From NCBI GenBank assembly GCA_038230375.1, contig JBBRNJ010000130.1:1-16685 (forward strand): a DNA stretch of 16,685 nucleotides. The letters are read 5' to 3'. The position numbers and the translations under genes are program-made. Below the pieces are notes generated by a model. It saw only the letters and a program-made list of their open reading frames with translations, did not search any database and was not told the DNA's origin. Positions 10,945 through 16,685 of the stretch are shown in pieces (within the stretch, counting starts at the first letter, position 1; each line of letters starts with the position of its first letter). Source of the stretch: Polyangiales bacterium (GTDB taxonomy: Bacteria; Myxococcota_A; Polyangia; Polyangiales; Polyangiaceae).

Positions 10945-13044
10945 ATGGCTTACCGCTCCCTGCAATTTCTTTGTGCCCTCGCGCCGCTGCTCATCGCCGA
11001 GGTCGCGAGCGCCCAGACGGCGGACCCGAACGCCGGCGATCCAAGGACACAGCCTGCCCCTGCCCCAGCCCCAGCCCCAGCCCCAGCCCCAGCCCCCGCC
11101 CCCCCGGCTCCGGGCACCGATGGGCCGCGGCCCTCGCTCATGCCCGCCACGCCCAACGGCAGCAATGGCGCGGGCGCGAGCGCGAACGGCGCCATCACCA
11201 CTGATCCCGCAGGCCCTAACAGCCCCACGATCCGGGTGGATCCACAAGGGGACAAGAAGAAGCTCGAGTCGCAGGGCACCGATCGCCCCGGTCTGATCGA
11301 GACCGAGATGGCGATGTCACCGCGCGCTGTCTACTCGGAGGACTGGTGGGCGCATACGCGTCCCGTCTTCGAGATCCACGGCTACTTCCGCACGCGCGCC
11401 GAGCTGTTTCACAACTTCACGCTCGGCCGTCACAACGCACCAGGCGACGCCCAGAACCTCTGGCCGCAGCCGCTCGATCAGAGCTACGGCGACTCCAGCG
11501 GCAAGCCGCACGACGTCGTCCTCTGCGGTGATCCCAGCGTGACCGGCGCGCTCCAGCGCTGCATCGACAAGACACAGGCAACCGCGAACCTGCGGCTCCG
11601 GTTGAACCCGGAGATCCACATCTCCGACAACCTGCGGATCATGTCGCAGGTCGACATGCTCGACAACCTGGTGCTCGGCTCCACGCCGGACGCATATGCG
11701 ATCCAGCCCAGCGCGAAGACCACGAGCGGCTACGGCCCCGCGGGCAACGGCTACAACGGCTACGCGCCGCTCGGCGCCTTCAGCACCACGCAGGGTCCGC
11801 CTACCGCTGGCGTGAACGGCTACAGGAACTCGATCGACGTGAAGCGCGCGTGGGCGGAGTACCTCTCGCCCATCGGTCAATTCCGCTTCGGTCGCATGCC
11901 CAGCCACTGGGGTCTCGGCATGGTCGCCAACTCGGGCGACTACCTGGACGCGAACTACCAGACCACGACGGACCGCATCATGTTCGTGAGCGGCCTCAAG
12001 TCGCTGGATCTGTACTTCGGCGGCGCATGGGATTTCGTGTCCACCGGTCAGACGACCGCGTCCCCGTACGACGTGTACGGCGGTCAGCCGTACAACACCG
12101 GCAACCTCACCAACGTGGACCAGTGGACGGCGTTCATCGCGCGGCGCACGAACCCGGAGCTCCAGCGCGGACAGCTCGCGCGCGGCGAGATCGTCATCAA
12201 CGGCGGCCTCTACACCGTCTATCGTCAGCAATACATGGACGTGAAGGCGGGCGAGAACCCGCTCACGTTCGACTCCAGCGCGGACAACGCGAACCGCAAC
12301 CTGGAGCGCCGCGGCGCGCAGGCGCTCATCCCGGACCTCTGGGTCCAGGCCATGTGGAAGAAGCTCCGCTTCGAGGCGGAGTTCGCGAGCATCTACGGCC
12401 AGGTCGCGCAGACGCCGCAGAACGCGAACATCTCCACGCCCGTGAAGATCCGTCAGTACGGCCTCACGACGCAGACCGAGTACCGCGCGGTCGAAGACAA
12501 GCTCAAGCTGCAGTTCGGCTTCGGCTACGCGAGCGGCGATCCCTGGGTGAACTCGCTGAACCCTGGCGCGACCGGCCTGCAGCCCGAGCTCAACGGCGGT
12601 CGCGGCCCCATCTCCACGTTCCGCTTCAATCCGGCCTACCAGGTCGACCTCATCTTCTTCCGCCAGATCCTCTCGCGCGTCGAAGGCGCCTACTACTTCC
12701 GCCCGAGCGTGGACTACGACTTCTTCCGACAGCCGAACGGGCAGAAGTTCGGCGGCGGCGCTGCGATCATCTGGAGCCGCGCGAGCGAGTTCGTGCAGAC
12801 CCCTGGCCACCGTCGTGACCTGGGCGTCGAGCTCGATCTCAACCTGTACTACCAGGCGAAGGACGGCTCGCTGAACGACGACCCCAACAAGGTCGGCGGC
12901 TTCTACGCGATGCTGCAGTACGGCGTCTTCTTCCCGCTCGGTGGTCTCAGCTACCTGCCGGGCGAGCAGAAGAGCACGCTCCTGGACAACTGGGACACGT
13001 CTAGCGCCCAGACCGTGCGCCTGTTCCTTGGCGTCGCGTTCTGA
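10945..13044 (+). CDS. Large outer-membrane beta-barrel protein, probably TIGR04551 family (myxobacterial, alginate-export-porin-like)
   Basis: Signal peptide MAYRSLQFLCALAPLLIAEVASA from ATG 10945; FEIHGYFRTRAELF, ANLRLRLNPEIHISDNLRI, VKRAWAEY..PIGQFRFGRMPSHWGLG, FRFNPAYQVDLIFF, DLGVELDL; C-terminal strand ending in Phe (VRLFLGVAF). Family name is from recollection, not a search. Confidence 0.8.
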   Translation: MAYRSLQFLCALAPLLIAEVASAQTADPNAGDPRTQPAPAPAPAPAPAPAPAPPAPGTDGPRPSLMPATPNGSNGAGASANGAITTDPAGPNSPTIRVDPQGDKKKLESQGTDRPGLIETEMAMSPRAVYSEDWWAHTRPVFEIHGYFRTRAELFHNFTLGRHNAPGDAQNLWPQPLDQSYGDSSGKPHDVVLCGDPSVTGALQRCIDKTQATANLRLRLNPEIHISDNLRIMSQVDMLDNLVLGSTPDAYAIQPSAKTTSGYGPAGNGYNGYAPLGAFSTTQGPPTAGVNGYRNSIDVKRAWAEYLSPIGQFRFGRMPSHWGLGMVANSGDYLDANYQTTTDRIMFVSGLKSLDLYFGGAWDFVSTGQTTASPYDVYGGQPYNTGNLTNVDQWTAFIARRTNPELQRGQLARGEIVINGGLYTVYRQQYMDVKAGENPLTFDSSADNANRNLERRGAQALIPDLWVQAMWKKLRFEAEFASIYGQVAQTPQNANISTPVKIRQYGLTTQTEYRAVEDKLKLQFGFGYASGDPWVNSLNPGATGLQPELNGGRGPISTFRFNPAYQVDLIFFRQILSRVEGAYYFRPSVDYDFFRQPNGQKFGGGAAIIWSRASEFVQTPGHRRDLGVELDLNLYYQAKDGSLNDDPNKVGGFYAMLQYGVFFPLGGLSYLPGEQKSTLLDNWDTSSAQTVRLFLGVAF
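11053..11100 (+). repeat. In-frame hexamer repeat (CCNGCC x8) encoding (Pro-Ala)8
   Basis: cctgcc x2, ccagcc x5, cccgcc x1. Confidence 0.9.
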
Positions 13045-13179
13045 TCGCCCTGACCGTTCTGAGCTACCTGGGTACTCGCTGCGCTGGAAAGCTTGGCCTC
13101 CACCGAGCATGCGCCACATCATCCTCATGCAGTCGATCGCGAAAGCCGTCAACAGGGTGTAGGCTCCGGGCGAAGGACA

Positions 13180-14559
<1,380 letters not shown>

Positions 14560-14572
14560 GGCCTGCTGGATC

Positions 14573-15619
14573 ATGCGGCTCTCCGAGCTCGACTACGCCC
14601 TTCCCGAGGCCCAGATCGCGCAGGCTCCGCTTGCGGACCGCAGTGGTGCGCGCCTCTTTGTGGTCGGGCACGATCCGCCGCACAAGAAGATCGTCGACCT
14701 GCCGTCCCTGTTGCCAGAGGGCGCGTTGCTGGTGGTGAACGACACGCGGGTGATCCCTGCGCGCCTGCTGGGAACGAAGGAGAGCGGCGGCAAAGCAGAG
14801 ATCTTCCTGCTCGAGCGTCTTGGTCCCGACGCCTCCACGTGGAAGGCCATGGGGCGCGCGTCGAAGGGACTGCGCCCTGGCATGAAGGTGCGCGTCGATG
14901 CGCTCGTCTTCACCATCCAGGAGCTGCTTGGCGGCGGGCTCTTCGTCACGCACGCGGAGGTCACGAATGGTGGTGACGTGGCCGCCGAGATCGAGAAGAG
15001 CGGACGCGTGCCGCTTCCGCCATACATCCGACGCGAGGACGACGCGGAGGATCGCCACCGCTACCAGACGATCTTCGCGAAGCACGATGGCGCAGTCGCC
15101 GCGCCCACCGCCGGATTGCACCTCACGCCGGAGCTGCTCGCCGCGATGAGCGCCCGAGGCATCACGACAGCGACGGTCACACTGCACGTGGGCCTGGGCA
15201 CGTTCCAGGCGGTCACGGTGGAGGACCTGGACGAGCATCCCATGCATGCGGAGCGCTTCTCCGTGCCGGTCGAGACCGCGGAGAAGATCGCGCACGCCCG
15301 CGCAGAGAAGCGCGTGGTCGCGTGCGTCGGCACGACCAGCGTGCGCGCGCTCGAGTCCGCAGCCGACCCCGAGCGTCGCGGTCACGTGCGCGCGACAAGC
15401 GCCGCGGAGACCCGGCTCTTGATCCAACCTGGCTACGACTTCCGCGTCACCGACATGCTCCTCACGAACTTTCACCTGCCGAAGTCCACACTGCTCGCGC
15501 TGGTCTGCGCGTTCGGCGGGACGCACCAGGTGCTCTCCGCGTACGCTCTTGCCGTGCGCAACGGCTACCGCTTCTTCTCCTACGGCGACGCCATGCTGCT
15601 CTCGCGGAGGTCCGCGTGA
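14573..15619 (+). CDS. queA: S-adenosylmethionine:tRNA ribosyltransferase-isomerase
   Basis: DY.LP...IAQ.P, NDTRVIPARL, PLPPYIRR, YQT.FA, AAPTAGLH, TLHVGLGTF, VGTTSVRALES, TNFHLPKSTLL, YRFFSYGDAM. Confidence 0.97.
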   Translation: MRLSELDYALPEAQIAQAPLADRSGARLFVVGHDPPHKKIVDLPSLLPEGALLVVNDTRVIPARLLGTKESGGKAEIFLLERLGPDASTWKAMGRASKGLRPGMKVRVDALVFTIQELLGGGLFVTHAEVTNGGDVAAEIEKSGRVPLPPYIRREDDAEDRHRYQTIFAKHDGAVAAPTAGLHLTPELLAAMSARGITTATVTLHVGLGTFQAVTVEDLDEHPMHAERFSVPVETAEKIAHARAEKRVVACVGTTSVRALESAADPERRGHVRATSAAETRLLIQPGYDFRVTDMLLTNFHLPKSTLLALVCAFGGTHQVLSAYALAVRNGYRFFSYGDAMLLSRRSA

Positions 15620-16685
15620 CGGACACCACGGCGCAAGCGAAGAGCCCCGCAACGCCGCTCACGTTCGCGGTGACTCACACCGATGGGCACGCGCGCCGCG
15701 GCACGCTTACGCTTGCTCACGGCGTTGTGGACACGCCCACGTTCATGCCAGTGGGCACGCAGGGCAGCGTGAAGACCCTCAGCCCCGATGAGGTCGCGAG
15801 CACCGGCGCGCAGATCGTCCTCGGCAACACGTACCACCTGTGGCTTCGCCCGGGCCCAGACCTGATCGCGAACTTCGGCGGCCTGCACGCGTTCTCGAAG
15901 TGGCCACGCGCCATGCTCACGGACTCGGGAGGATTCCAGGCGTTCTCGCTGGGCGCCGCGAAGGGCGATGGCTCGCTCGTGAAGCTCACGGAGGACGGCG
16001 TCACGTTCCGCTCACACCTCGACGGCACCAAGATGCACCTCACGCCGGAGGAGGCCGTGCGCGTGCAAGCGCTCATCGGCGCGGACATCCAGATGCAGCT
16101 CGACGTCTGCCCGCCCGGCGAGTCCGAGCGCCGCGATGTGGAGGCCGCCGTTGCCCAGACCACCCGCTGGGCGCGCCGCGCGCTCGCCTCGCCCAGACCG
16201 GCGTGGCAAGCGCTGTTCGGAATCGTGCAGGGTGCATGCTTTCCAGAGCTGCGGCGCGCGCATGCCGCAGAGCTCGCCGCGCTCGAGCACGAGGGCCGCA
16301 GGTTCGATGGGCTCGCGCTCGGCGGCTTCTCCGTTGGCGAGCCGATCCCGAAGATGCACGAGACGCTCGCGGAGATCGCGCACGAGGTCGATCCCGCGCG
16401 GCCCCGCTACCTGATGGGCGTCGGCACACCACACGACCTTCTGGTCGGTATCGAGAGCGGGATCGACATGTTCGATTGCGTGCTGCCCACCCGCAACGCC
16501 CGGAACGGCCAGGCGCTGACGCGGCATGGTCGCATCGTGATCAAGCAAGCGCGCTTTCGCGAGGATCCCCTACCGATCGATCCGGACTGCAGTTGCGCTG
16601 CGTGCGCGGGCGGTTACAGCCGTGCCTACCTGCGGCACCTCTTCGTCGCCGGCGAGCTCCTCGTCCTGCGGCTCATGTCGCTCCA
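15616..16685 (+). CDS. tgt: tRNA-guanine(34) transglycosylase, 3' end runs off the window
   Basis: GTG start overlaps the queA stop (GTGA), with GGAGG at 15606-15610. Manual translation: ARRGTL...TPTFMPVGTQGSVK, GNTYHL, TDSGGFQ, MQLDVC, FGIVQG, GGFSVGE, PRYLMGVG, DMFDCVLPTRNARNG, CSCAAC, YLRHL. DxC and SVGE match the bacterial preQ1-inserting type. Confidence 0.96.
   Translation, partial: MTDTTAQAKSPATPLTFAVTHTDGHARRGTLTLAHGVVDTPTFMPVGTQGSVKTLSPDEVASTGAQIVLGNTYHLWLRPGPDLIANFGGLHAFSKWPRAMLTDSGGFQAFSLGAAKGDGSLVKLTEDGVTFRSHLDGTKMHLTPEEAVRVQALIGADIQMQLDVCPPGESERRDVEAAVAQTTRWARRALASPRPAWQALFGIVQGACFPELRRAHAAELAALEHEGRRFDGLALGGFSVGEPIPKMHETLAEIAHEVDPARPRYLMGVGTPHDLLVGIESGIDMFDCVLPTRNARNGQALTRHGRIVIKQARFREDPLPIDPDCSCAACAGGYSRAYLRHLFVAGELLVLRLMSL

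Noticed and set aside
13093..13110. Sigma54 -24/-12 promoter TTGGCCTCCACCGAGCAT upstream of the regulator
   Set aside because: GG-N10-GC spacing is correct, but it lacks the AC after TGGC and the TT before GC; likely by chance at this GC content.

Overview
High-GC bacterial chromosomal window. The gene content (Hanks-type membrane kinase, TPR/PEGA-like exported protein, probable TIGR04551-family barrel, sigma54 activator) points to Myxococcota, probably Polyangia/Sorangiineae; this taxonomy is inference. In order: a four-helix-bundle (23S rRNA IVP-like) gene on the minus strand cut by the window edge and missed by the ORF track; a ~157-nt nested inverted repeat; a heptamer/hexamer tandem array that starts inside the polA stop codon; polA (-); Ser/Thr kinase (+); sirtuin (-); then a plus-strand run of an exported TPR/PEGA-like/beta-barrel protein, a processive GT2, ihfA, a MerR-type regulator with a His-rich insert, a hypothetical membrane-anchored protein, a large outer-membrane barrel, an NtrC-type regulator, queA and tgt (partial, also missed by the ORF track). 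The most unusual part is 1-636: tandem repeat, then long RNA-like hairpin hiding an SD-like motif, then a four-helix-bundle gene with atypical codons. A second, more speculative candidate is a TPR + GT2 synthase + porin polysaccharide export set. PolA also appears to lack its proofreading carboxylates.
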